A DNA stretch of 64,000 bases, from positions 96,001 to 160,000 of the forward strand of contig CAWHAE010000017.1 of NCBI GenBank assembly GCA_963827235.1, in the 5' to 3' direction. Origin of the DNA: an uncultured bacterium (GTDB lineage Bacteria > Chloroflexota > UBA5177 > JANWHV01). Positions 50,074 through 59,815 of this stretch are shown piece after piece (within the stretch, counting starts at the first letter, position 1; each line of letters opens with the position of its first letter). Both the position numbers and the translations under genes were made by a program. The notes below the pieces were generated by a model. It worked only from the letters and a program-made list of their open reading frames with translations. It had not been told where the DNA came from and did no database searches.

Positions 50074-51542
50074 GCCTCGCGACACAACCGGCGCCCCAAT
50101 CGCCCGCGGTCGTCAAGGGCCACAGCCGGAAGGTACTCGGTATCTTCGCTCTTGCCATGATCAACGTTGCCGCCGTGCTGAGCCTGCGGAACTTCCCCAG
50201 CATGGCGCTCTATGGCTGGTCGTCCATCACCTGGTATGTGCTGGGCGCGGTGCTCTTTCTCCTGCCCTCGGCGTTCGTGGGCGCGGAGCTGGCCTCTGGT
50301 TGGCCGAAGGGTGGCGGGGTCTACGCCTGGGTGAAGGAAGCCTTTGACGAGGAGATGGGGTTCCTCGCCATCTGGTGCGAATGGTCGGAGAACCTGGTGT
50401 GGTTCCCCACCGTGCTTGCCTTCCTGGCCGCCACGCTCGCCTATGTGATCGATCCCTCGCTGGCGACCAACAAGCTCTTCCTGGTCGTGACCATGCTCGT
50501 GATGTTCTGGGGCACGACCATCGCCAACTTCTTTGGCGCCAGGTTGTCGAGCCTCCTGAGCTCGGTGGGGGTGATCGCCGGCTCGATCATTCCGGGCGCG
50601 GTGATCATCGTGCTCGCCTTTGCCTGGCTCTTCGCGCGAAAGGGCACGCAGGTCCCGTTTTCCGCGCATGCCCTGTCCCCCGATTTGTCGCCGGGCAACT
50701 TGCCCTTCGTGGGCACGGTGGTGCTGCTGTTCGCGGGTATGGAGATGGCGGGCTTCCATGCGCTGGAGGTCAGGAATCCGCAGCGCGATTACCCAAAAGC
50801 GATGTGGCTTTCCGCCCTGATCATTTTGCTGGTATCTATCGTGGGCACCATGGCCCTGGCGATCGTCATTCCGGTCAAACAAATCAACCTGACGGCCGGT
50901 ATCGTGCAAGCCTTCGACAACTTCTTTGCCGGGTTTGGCATGTCCTGGGCGGCCAGACCGATGGCCCTGCTGATCGCGGTCGGCGCGCTGGCTCTGCTCA
51001 GCACCTGGCTGATTGGTCCCGCGAAGGGCCTCGAGAGTGCTGCCGAATCCGGCGATCTGCCGAAGCTGTGGCGAAAAGAGAACACCAAACACGTGCCGGT
51101 GGATGTGCTCGTGATCCAGGCCATCGTGGCGACGTTGGCCTGCTTCCTCTATATCGTGGTGCCGTCGGTGAATACCGCCTACTGGATGCTGTCGGCCATG
51201 ACGGTGCAGATCCTCGCGATCATGTATATCCTGTTGTTCGCCTCGGTAATCCGGCTTCGCTACAAGGAGCCGAATACCGCCCGCCCTTACAAAATTCCGG
51301 GCGGCAAGCTTGGCATCTGGCTTATCGGGGGTGCCGGCGGCCTGGCCTGCCTGTTCACGTTTGTCATCGGCTTCGTGCCTCCGACGGGTTTGACCACGCA
51401 GGGGCCCCTGCAGTACGTGCTGACCATGATCGCCGGCACGGTGTTGCTGAGTCTCCCGCCGTTCATCTTCTACCACTTTCGCAGGCCGGGCTGGCGGGCA
51501 AGCAAAGCGGAGCTGAAGGCAGCGCTCAGCGCGACGACGTGA
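50070..51542 (+). CDS. APC-family amino-acid antiporter (GadC-like)
   Basis: 12 TM segments, AVLSLRNFPSMA, GGVYAWV..AF, FAGME; ATGA overlap with the decarboxylase. Confidence 0.9.
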   Translation: MSLATQPAPQSPAVVKGHSRKVLGIFALAMINVAAVLSLRNFPSMALYGWSSITWYVLGAVLFLLPSAFVGAELASGWPKGGGVYAWVKEAFDEEMGFLAIWCEWSENLVWFPTVLAFLAATLAYVIDPSLATNKLFLVVTMLVMFWGTTIANFFGARLSSLLSSVGVIAGSIIPGAVIIVLAFAWLFARKGTQVPFSAHALSPDLSPGNLPFVGTVVLLFAGMEMAGFHALEVRNPQRDYPKAMWLSALIILLVSIVGTMALAIVIPVKQINLTAGIVQAFDNFFAGFGMSWAARPMALLIAVGALALLSTWLIGPAKGLESAAESGDLPKLWRKENTKHVPVDVLVIQAIVATLACFLYIVVPSVNTAYWMLSAMTVQILAIMYILLFASVIRLRYKEPNTARPYKIPGGKLGIWLIGGAGGLACLFTFVIGFVPPTGLTTQGPLQYVLTMIAGTVLLSLPPFIFYHFRRPGWRASKAELKAALSATT

Positions 51543-51706
51543 TCGGCGACTTATCCTGGCCCAGTGGCTCCCTGCGGGTGCTCGCCCATCGTAGCGGTGA
51601 CAGGCCAGGCGGCAGGCGGCTGCCTCCCCGCGCCGTGAGGCTCTGAGGCGTCAGGCCTGAAAGCCGAGTGTAGTTGGCCGGCACCAGGGTGCCTTGAGTG
51701 GAGGGC

Positions 51707-52459
51707 ATGCCAGATCCACAGACACAGGGAGAAGCAGGCGCGGCGGCACCGGCGGCAGGCGAGGGCGCACAGGAGCAAGAGCAGCACCCGCACGGCGGGG
51801 ACTGGCTGCGCGCGATCGTCTTCGGGCTGAATGACGGACTGGTGACCACCCTGGTGTTTATCATGGCCGCCAGTACCGTCGCTCAGACGCACGCCGCCTT
51901 GCTCCTGGTCGCCCTGTCGGAGGTGGCGGCCGGCGGTGTTTCCATGACCTTAGGCGGCTACCTTTCGGTGCGAACGGAGCGGGACGTCCTCGCTAATCGC
52001 ATCGCTACCGAGCGTATGGAGATCGCCACGGAGCCGGAGGAAGAGCGGGCAGAGCTGCGCACCATCTACCGCCGCAAGGGGATGACCGGAGGGCTGCTGG
52101 ACCGCGTGGTGGCCCACCAGACGCAGGATAGCGCGCGGTGGCTGCAGGCGCTCGTCCACGACGAACTGGGGGTGGTTGGCGAAGAAGCCGTCTCACCCGT
52201 ACGCGAAGGCCTCCAGGTCGGGGCTTCCTTCGTGGCGGGTGGCCTCATCCCCACGGTGGCGGTGCTGCTTCGATTGCCCGCACCTTGGCTCCAGGTTGCG
52301 GCATACCTACTTACGGCCGTCACCGCCCTCGCACTGGGGGCGCTCAAGGCACGCTACTCGCTCAGGGGGCCAATGCGCAACGGGCTTGAGTTCCTGGCGG
52401 TGGTCACGGCAGGCACCGTGGCCGGGTTCGCAATCGGCGCCGTGTTGCACGCCGCGTAG
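51707..52459 (+). CDS. VIT1/CCC1 family Fe/Mn transporter
   Basis: AIVFGLNDGLVT, AGGVSMTLGGYLS, EERAEL..IY..KG. Confidence 0.92.
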   Translation: MPDPQTQGEAGAAAPAAGEGAQEQEQHPHGGDWLRAIVFGLNDGLVTTLVFIMAASTVAQTHAALLLVALSEVAAGGVSMTLGGYLSVRTERDVLANRIATERMEIATEPEEERAELRTIYRRKGMTGGLLDRVVAHQTQDSARWLQALVHDELGVVGEEAVSPVREGLQVGASFVAGGLIPTVAVLLRLPAPWLQVAAYLLTAVTALALGALKARYSLRGPMRNGLEFLAVVTAGTVAGFAIGAVLHAA

Positions 52460-52964
52460 CGATCGGCATCATTGGATGCGGGGCTACTCCGTAGTGACCG
52501 GCCATTGACCCATGGAGGCGACGGCCCGTGTCCCTTGTGGGAGCAAATCCCGATGTCGAAGCCACGCCGCTGGGGCTCTATGACGGCTTCGGATCGAGAT
52601 TGAGGCTCTCAATCGTACGCCGAGAGAGCTCAGCGCCATCGAGGCAAGCGAGTCGCCAGCCTGGGCGGCCCCGCCATCCGATGGTACCACCACGGTCCGA
52701 GCACGGAAACGTTACCCCGGTGCCGACCTTGTAGGTTTGCCCATCCGGGGCCCGTGGAGGGATACCTCCGCGCACCTACAGTGTCCATCCGAGATCGTTG
52801 TTATTGATGGCATGCAGGCGGGTTCGACGGGAGCATTCCCCCTGGGCCGACGCCGGCTGTAAGCAACCCGGCGGCCAGTAGTCGTGGACGAGGAAGCACA
52901 GAGTGGCTCCTGCTGCTTCCAGATTCAGGACACGAATCGAGCGAAACACGTGCCTTGTGCGTCG

Positions 52965-53510
52965 TTACGGCAGAGCAGTTTTTGGGCTTCGGGGAGCCAC
53001 GAACAATTCAAACAGCAGTGCCAGCAGCACGACGAGAGCCAGGGCCGCCAGCACCCAGGATCCTATGGCAGCGTAGTCGCCTACCTGTCCCCAACCCCAC
53101 GCTTGCAGCAGTGAGCTTCGAAGCATGGTTCCCTGGAATACTGTCTGCACAAGAGCGGCGGCCGCAGCATCCTTCGGGTGTGCTCTCGCATAGCTGCTCG
53201 CCTCATCATACGTCTTACCCATATGCCGAAGGTGCACGCCAATATAATGATCGGCAAACGCCTCGGCCTGTGCACCCGTGGTCATCGGCTGGCCTTCGTA
53301 CGGTGCGAGCGCTGCAACATCGGCCGGGTCCGTTACACCCGAGCCTTTCATAGCGGCAGCCGTAGGCATGGTGATTTTCTGCGCGCTCAACTGATCGGAG
53401 AGATTCTTGTGATCATAGTCGGCTGCCGCGTGAACGACGATAGTCATGACGACAAGGCCAATAAAGAGCGCCGATAAGAGAACGAGTACTCTCCAACGCA
53501 TCGCTTTCAT
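52965..53510 (-). CDS. Conserved-looking two-TM membrane protein
   Basis: AGGAG RBS; QLSAQKITMP..AEAFADHYIGVHL..FQG.MLR.SLL between two TM helices. Confidence 0.8.
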   Translation of the reverse strand: MKAMRWRVLVLLSALFIGLVVMTIVVHAAADYDHKNLSDQLSAQKITMPTAAAMKGSGVTDPADVAALAPYEGQPMTTGAQAEAFADHYIGVHLRHMGKTYDEASSYARAHPKDAAAAALVQTVFQGTMLRSSLLQAWGWGQVGDYAAIGSWVLAALALVVLLALLFELFVAPRSPKTALP

Positions 53511-53893
53511 CTCCTGATACTAAAGTAGTCCAAATGGAACACCGTAACCGTCCAGTGGATCGTCGCAAGATGCCGCCATTCCAGTTAACCGGGGCACCCC
53601 TCCGGACTCATACACCTATTAGTCTCTCGCACACTACTGACTTCGCGGCGCCGCCTGCCTGGCCAGCCAGATGAGTCGGAACGCCGCGCCTGTCGCGGAT
53701 GGACTGCTATGCCGGGCCGTGCCTGCGTTCGCTGGAGCGTGATGTCGGCTCCGTGCCTCGGCACTCTCGGCTCATGACCTCGCCGTCCTGGGCGGCGGAC
53801 ATCGCGATCATCGTGCGGGCGGTCGAGGTATCGTCCGGTACCACGAAGCCGGTGCCGCCGGCTCGGTAATCAACGGGGTGCCCGCTCCCTCGC

Positions 53894-53947
53894 AATATGC
53901 GCGCCCCCGCGGCTGCTGTCAAGAACTTGCTTAATCTACCCTATCTA
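53894..53947 (-). promoter_or_regulatory. Island promoter P16
   Basis: TAGATAGGGTAGATTAAGCAAG, 3 nt, TTGACA, N17, CATATT. Confidence 0.7.
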
Positions 53948-54264
53948 TTGTGGGACACTGCAGCTGTTTCCCGCATGTTTACCTTAGGATCTTCTCGGAA
54001 ATGGACTGGTGGTCTGCGGTTCACGCCGGACAAAGAAGGCGACGTCGTTGACCGTCGGAATCGCTCGCGTGCTGTGCCTGACCTAAAGTAGGCGACATCG
54101 TTGGCATGGCTGCCCAGACACCGTCATCGCATTGGCACCGGATTTAGCTGCTCAGCAAGATACGTGCGGAGCAGTGCGGTGAGTCCAGGCACGGCATGCC
54201 CAGCACCAGGACGCGCGTATCATGGTTCTGCCCGGCATTGCAGAGCGGCCCAGCACGCCAAGAA

Positions 54265-54560
54265 CTAGCCAATAGTGAAGCGCGTTTGCGCAACTTGCTC
54301 GCCGCCGACGATGAGCGAAGCCGTGTAGCTGCCAGGTGGAAAGCTGGCTGGATACTTGGGCGTGTAGAGGTTAGGTGTTTGGCCCCAGTACGCATAGACC
54401 GAACTTGATGGGACCAGTATCCGCGACCTGTGCTGTAGACGCATTCCGCACCAGCACATGGGAGGTAGCGTCAGGTTTCGCGCCGGTATAGAGCACGAGA
54501 GCCGTCTGGGCGAGCGCAAGGACGGCGAGCGGACGGATCTGCTGTGGACCAGGCTCGGCT
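54265..54560 (-). pseudogene. Frameshifted C-terminal fragment of a beta-rich exported protein
   Basis: ..LYTGAKPDATSHVLVRN.. and ..PPGSYTASLIVGGEQVAQTRFTIG* in adjacent frames. Confidence 0.35.
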
Positions 54561-54732
54561 GGCGAACAACAGAGCATACCTCGGCAGTCAGGTGCCCCGT
54601 GGGCCCAAAGCACGCCTGACGCCAGCCATATTGGCGCGTTCAGCATTCACGACATCGGCACACTGATCACATCGCGGCTGGATGGGCAGCGGCCTGAAAC
54701 CCTGCTGCGCCAGGGCGCACCCTCAGCCGCTA

Positions 54733-55479
54733 TTAGCACGTGCCGCCGTTGACCCGGATGGTCTGCCCGGTGATCCAGCGGGCCTCCTCGCTGGCCAGAA
54801 AGGTCACCACCTCGGCAATGTCGTCGGGCCGACCGAGCCGCCCGAAGGCGGACATGCGCTCGAAGCTGGCGATCAACGCGTCGCTCTTCCCCGCGTGGAA
54901 CAGCTCCGTTTCCGTGGCCCCGGGGGAAACGGCGTTCACCGTGATGTTCTTCGGGCCAAGCTCCTTCGAGAGCACGCGCGTCAGTTGCTCCACTGCCCCC
55001 TTCGTCGCATCGTACGTGCCGTAGCCGGGCAGCATCAGGCCGGTGGTGGCGCTGGATAGGTTAATGATCCGTCCCCCCTGGGAAAGCAGGCGCGCAGCCA
55101 GTTGGCAGGCGAAGAACGTGCCCTTGACGTTGACCGCGAAGATGGTGTCGAACTCGGCCTCCGACACCTCGGCGACCGGCTTGTTGAAGGTCCAGGCCGC
55201 GTTGTTGACCAGGATATCCAGCCGCCCGTACCGCTCCTGCGTGCGGGCAAACAGCACCGCGAGCTGATCCAGCTTGCTGATGTCCGCCTGGACGGGAAAC
55301 GCGTTGCCCCCGCTCGCGACGACAGCGCTCGCTACCTCCTGAGCCTGGTCCGGTGTATCGAGGTGGTTGATGGCCACCGAGGCACCCTCGGCACCCAGGC
55401 CCAGAGCGATGGCTTTGCCGATGCCGGTCGCCGCACCCGTTACGATAGCCACTTTCCCTTGCAATCGTGCGCCGCTCAT
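54733..55479 (-). CDS. SDR family oxidoreductase
   Basis: TGAATGIG, NNA, YDATK, VNAVSPG. Confidence 0.95.
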   Translation of the reverse strand: MSGARLQGKVAIVTGAATGIGKAIALGLGAEGASVAINHLDTPDQAQEVASAVVASGGNAFPVQADISKLDQLAVLFARTQERYGRLDILVNNAAWTFNKPVAEVSEAEFDTIFAVNVKGTFFACQLAARLLSQGGRIINLSSATTGLMLPGYGTYDATKGAVEQLTRVLSKELGPKNITVNAVSPGATETELFHAGKSDALIASFERMSAFGRLGRPDDIAEVVTFLASEEARWITGQTIRVNGGTC

Positions 55480-55633
55480 CTCCGTGGCCTCCCGTACCCA
55501 TGGCTGGCCGCCTCAGCCGGCCCAGTCGAACCAGTAGTCCAGCGTGATCTCGGCGCGCTGACCGAGCTGGGCGGTACGTGAGGGCCATGCACCACCCGAC
55601 CGATCAGCAGCGGATAGCGGGAGCGCCCGCAGC

Positions 55634-55978
55634 CTAGCCCGGCTGTGAGTCGATCACGAGATCAGGGAGTGGACCAGGCATTGGCTGGGCGAGGTCAAGC
55701 CCGTGGATCTCCAGCACTTGCGTTCGGAACCACTGGGTAAAAGGATCGGCCGAGGCACCAAACTGGCTTACTGCACTCGCCGGATCCGCACCATCGACCG
55801 TGACAATAGCCAGATCGCCCTGCGGTGTCGACTGCAAAAAGGATCGCTCGTGCACGCCGAGGCGCTGCCGTGAGGCCACGTATTCGGCGCGGCGCGATCC
55901 TTGCAATTCGGCGGCAAAGCGCCGCCACTGCTCGGTCTTGCCCGGGAGAATTGGGATTGCCATCGCCAGCAAAGCCAT
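55634..55978 (-). CDS. Small hypothetical protein
   Basis: AGGAG RBS; only the last 114 aa of ORF 55634..56677 look protein-like. Confidence 0.7.
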   Translation of the reverse strand: MALLAMAIPILPGKTEQWRRFAAELQGSRRAEYVASRQRLGVHERSFLQSTPQGDLAIVTVDGADPASAVSQFGASADPFTQWFRTQVLEIHGLDLAQPMPGPLPDLVIDSQPG

Positions 55979-56227
55979 GCTCGGTCTCCTTCCATCACAA
56001 GTGGTGGCTGTACATCTGTTCTTCAGGTGCAGCATACGGCTGGCCAAGCGTGACACCCACACATGTTGGATCGTACATCGCGGCACCATAACATGCCGGG
56101 AGTCCGCCGGTGTGCGCCGCCGGGCTCTCGGGTTGGCTGGCAGGGACAGATGGGGACTCAGGCCACTTGCCGGTGGTGCGCAGGTAGAGTGGAAGAGCGC
56201 TTCTGGTGGCGGCGTACGCGATCGGCG

Positions 56228-56509
56228 ATGCATGCGCGCGCTGACTTGGATTCGCAGCACCACGTGGGGACAATCGCCCGGCGGGTTGTCGGAGGCTTCC
56301 TTGAGCACCTGGGGCGTGCGGTGCACGAAGGGACATATAACCCAGGAAATGCACTGAGCGACGATCAAGGGTTTCGGCAGGACGTGCCGGAGACGCTGCG
56401 CGTGTTGCGTATGCCGCTTGTGCGATATCCGGGTGGGAACTTCGTCAGCAGCTATGACTGGACGGATGAGATAGGACCGCGAGAACTGCGCCCAGTGCTG
56501 CCAGACTGA
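56228..56509 (+). pseudogene. GH51 alpha-L-arabinofuranosidase N-terminal fragment
   Basis: GGFLEHLGRAVHEG, RYPGGNFVS.Y.W.D.IGP.E.RP then stop. Confidence 0.88.
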
Positions 56510-56751
56510 CTTGACGAGCTTCCTGCGACACGCGGACACGGTGAAGTTCGCTTGCATCGCCCAGATTGTGACCGCGATCTCACCGATCCACACATGGCGT
56601 GACGGGCCAGCGCCCGAGGTCTGCGTGCACCGCTGGCCCTGAGGCGCGCCATGGCCATGCTGGTGCGCGGTTAACATGTGGTGGTAAACGCCGCCGCCGG
56701 CCGGCAGTCACCAGCGTGCCGCGTAAGGGCAAGGAGTGACCCATCAAGCTT

Positions 56752-56925
56752 GTGTTCTTCGGCTGGTGGATCGAGGAGCCGGCCTTCGCTCCGTATCTAC
56801 AGCGGTTTGCCGGTTACTACTACAATCATGCGGTCCACAGACAGCGGGGCGTCGCCATAAACTGCAAGTTCAGCGCCTTCGCCGAAGGGACGGCGGTGCT
56901 CGACGTCGAGCGCGGGCAGTTGGAC
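56752..56925 (+). pseudogene. GH29 alpha-L-fucosidase internal fragment
   Basis: WWIEEPAFAPYLQRFAGYYYN...VAIN.K..AF.EGTAVLDVERGQL. Confidence 0.7.
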
Positions 56926-57118
56926 TCGGTAACTACTCTCTTGCTCCTTTGCGGCTCCGGCAAGTTGGGCGGCCCGAGTATTGCGCTCTGGGTTCGTCGC
57001 GGTTGCACTGGGGACCCGGTCACGGCCGATACGGCGCACACGCTCTCGAGACGTCCCGCGCCGGCGTGACGGACGACTGGAGTGGCCGACCCGAAGAGAG
57101 GGGTGGAGCTGTAGGAGG

Positions 57119-58204
57119 CTACGGATCGGCGCGAGCCAGGTCGCGACGTGCCAACTCCGACAGCGCCAAGCCGAGACCCGGCCGATCCGGCGCGAGGGCG
57201 TAGCCCTGCTCGAAGCGGACCGGCTCAACCACAAGTGCGTCGTAGCTCTGGAATGAGTATTCCAGCCAGGCAGTCTCCGGGAGCGCTGCCGCCAGGTGCA
57301 CGCCAAGTTCGAACATGGTGTTGCCGAGCGATACGCCGATGCCGTAGTCGGCCGCCAGCCACGCCGCGCGCCAGGAATCCGAGATGCCGCCGTGCACGTT
57401 CAAGATGTCGACGGCGCGCCGCTCGAGCAGTATCCGCTTCCCGTGCAGGTCAAGATACTCGCCGGCGTTGATATTCGAGTACGGCACCTCGCGGGCCACC
57501 AGCGCCAGGCCGTCGAAGTCATCGCGCAGGCACGGGTCCTCGATCCAGTAGATCGGTATCCCCGCATCGCGGAACAGGCTGGCGCGTCGAATTGCTTCCT
57601 TCGGCGACCACGCCTCGTTGGCATCGACCATCAGCACAGCGTCGTCGCCCACGACCTCCCGCACGGCACGCAGGCGCTCGAGGTCGCGGGCCGGGTCAGA
57701 GTGCCCGACCTTCAGCTTGAACGCGGTGAAGCCCCGCGCTTTGGCCCCGCTGAAGAACGCCAGCACCTGTTCAAGTGACAGGTGGTATTCGAGCCCACTG
57801 GCGTACGCGCGCACGCGGTTGCAGGTGCCGCCGAGCAGCCGATACAGGGGCAAGCCTACCTCTTTGGCGTGCAGGTCCCAGGCCGCCTGATCGACCGCCT
57901 GCCCGAAGAGCGAGGCGCGCAGGTTGCCGCCACGTGGGCGAGCCAGGCGATGCGCCAGCGCGGCCGCGGGCTGCCCGCGCAGCCCCGGCCAGATCTCTGT
58001 GTCGAAGACGCGCCGCAGCTCGGACAAGGGCGGCAAAGCAAACTGCAGGGCGCCGAAGAAGCCCAGACCGATCAGCCCACCCGAGGCAAGGAGCTCCAGG
58101 GCACCAATATGGTGGGTGTCGACACGTATCTGCGAGTCTCCGACCACCCGCTCGCGTGGGAATTGGAATCGGGTGATGCGATAGTCCTCGATCACCACCG
58201 CCAT
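57119..58204 (-). CDS. Mandelate racemase/muconate lactonizing enzyme family protein
   Basis: AAWDL.AK..GLPLY.LLGG, FKLKVG, MVDANE, WIEDP, AGE. Confidence 0.92.
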   Translation of the reverse strand: MAVVIEDYRITRFQFPRERVVGDSQIRVDTHHIGALELLASGGLIGLGFFGALQFALPPLSELRRVFDTEIWPGLRGQPAAALAHRLARPRGGNLRASLFGQAVDQAAWDLHAKEVGLPLYRLLGGTCNRVRAYASGLEYHLSLEQVLAFFSGAKARGFTAFKLKVGHSDPARDLERLRAVREVVGDDAVLMVDANEAWSPKEAIRRASLFRDAGIPIYWIEDPCLRDDFDGLALVAREVPYSNINAGEYLDLHGKRILLERRAVDILNVHGGISDSWRAAWLAADYGIGVSLGNTMFELGVHLAAALPETAWLEYSFQSYDALVVEPVRFEQGYALAPDRPGLGLALSELARRDLARADP

Positions 58205-58316
58205 CGCACTGCCCTCCTTGTACTGGTCGCCTTGGTTGCCACGCACGATGCCCAAGGCGTTTCTACATATCCCTACGGCCTCACGGTGCGTCAGACCGTC
58301 CTCGCACTCGCTACTC

Positions 58317-59366
58317 TCAGCTCGTGCCCGTGAGGAGGCCGAGAGCCGCACCACAGGAGCGACGGACGACGAGCTTGGTTGGCACAAGCTGGATGATGGG
58401 CTGCAGATCGGGCGCGTGAATGCGCTCAATCAATCTGCGGGCCGCAAGTACGCCGATCAGGTCCTTCGGTGCTGTCACCGTAGTGAGGGCGGGATCGAGG
58501 TCTTGGGCCAGGGGGTCGTCGTTGAATCCGACGATGGCAAGGTCCTCGGGCAAGCGGAGGCCAAGCTCCTTGGCCGCACGGATCACGCCAACGGCGATCG
58601 GGTCGCAGGCACAAACCGCAGCATCGATTTCAGTGTGCCGTTGTGTGAGCAGGTCCAGCGCGATAGGGTACGCCCCGTCGGTAGTCCACGGCGTTATGGG
58701 GCAGTTCTCTGGAGAAGCGGTAAGCCCGTGCGATGCAAGGCGCTGGTAGAACGCCTCCGGCCGCTCATCGCGCGTCACCGCCGGTCCGAGATAGGCAAAC
58801 CGGCGCCTACCCAAGCCCACCAGGTGATCGGCCACCTGGTACATGGCACGGCGCTTCTCCATACCGATGTAGTCGTAGCGCAGGTCTCCGTCGACCCAGA
58901 CGCCATCACCGAAGTCAATGGTGACGCTCCGGTCCGCTCCAATGTCGTTCTCAAACGGCCGGGTGCCGCCGGCGAAAATGAGCCCATCCACGTGTTTTCT
59001 GTTCACCAACTGCCGCTTGTGCTCATACTGCAGGTCGTTGACGGTGAACGAGAACAGCAGGTGATAGCGATGGCGGACCAACTCCTGCTCTATGCCCGCC
59101 AGTACCCGCATCCAGAACGGCGCGGCATAGAGGTCGTGATCATTATCGAGGATGAGGCCCACACAGCGCGTAGTCTCGCCATTGAGCTCGCTACGGCTCT
59201 CCTTCGCCGTTGCCGGCACCTCGTAGCCGAGCTCCCGTACGGCTGCCCACACGCGATCGCGCGTCTCCCGCGCCACCTGAAAGGTGCCTCTAGCGCGCAG
59301 CGCCCGCGACGCAGTCGCGAGCGAGACTCCAGCCGAATCGGCGACGTCGCGCAACTTGACGGCCAT
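58317..59366 (-). CDS. LacI-family transcriptional regulator
   Basis: LRDVADSAGVSLATASRAL, PEDLAIVGFND, PALTTV. Confidence 0.96.
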   Translation of the reverse strand: MAVKLRDVADSAGVSLATASRALRARGTFQVARETRDRVWAAVRELGYEVPATAKESRSELNGETTRCVGLILDNDHDLYAAPFWMRVLAGIEQELVRHRYHLLFSFTVNDLQYEHKRQLVNRKHVDGLIFAGGTRPFENDIGADRSVTIDFGDGVWVDGDLRYDYIGMEKRRAMYQVADHLVGLGRRRFAYLGPAVTRDERPEAFYQRLASHGLTASPENCPITPWTTDGAYPIALDLLTQRHTEIDAAVCACDPIAVGVIRAAKELGLRLPEDLAIVGFNDDPLAQDLDPALTTVTAPKDLIGVLAARRLIERIHAPDLQPIIQLVPTKLVVRRSCGAALGLLTGTS

Positions 59367-59566
59367 CTCGTTTCACCTCAACTTGCTGAAAATCCTACGC
59401 AGCTGTTCAGAATCCTACGCTACAGCCCCGCAAATGGCAATAGCTGGCCTGGCCATGTCCCGCTGAAGCCAGCCGGAGCCCGCCCAGCAGAGCGTGGCCC
59501 GCTCGATCAACATGTGGGCTGGCCTGCGTCCTTTGCGGCATGAAGAACCTCATTGCAGAAAATAGA

Positions 59567-59595
59567 TTGACATTCCGTTTCAGAAGGATTAGAAT
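59567..59595 (+). promoter_or_regulatory. Sigma-70 promoter of the ABC/GH31 operon
   Basis: TTGACA-N17-TAGAAT; lacks the island box. Confidence 0.7.
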
Positions 59596-59815
59596 GCTGT
59601 CCGCGTGACCGATTACCGAGCGAGCGGCCGAATCTGCATCGCGGAGTGCCATCATGCTAGCGTTGCTCCAGCGCAATCTCGGGGCAGAAAGGAGGTGTCT
59701 CCCGGCTGTACTCGAGGCTTGCTCACTTCCAATGCCTCAATAATACTCGCTCCCACCTGCAGACCATGTTTTCAGCGTAGACGCCTCGCCTGGCGTAGAA
59801 TGTAGGTCCGGAATC

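Noticed and set aside
52811-52880. GGTTCGACGGG resembling a tRNA T-loop or tmRNA 5' end
   Set aside because: No cloverleaf, acceptor stem, CCA end or tag reading frame could be built.
53707-53922. GTGFVVPD...ECR, weakly like a GT4 glycosyltransferase C-terminus
   Set aside because: Too short to support, and the ORF start overlaps promoter P16.
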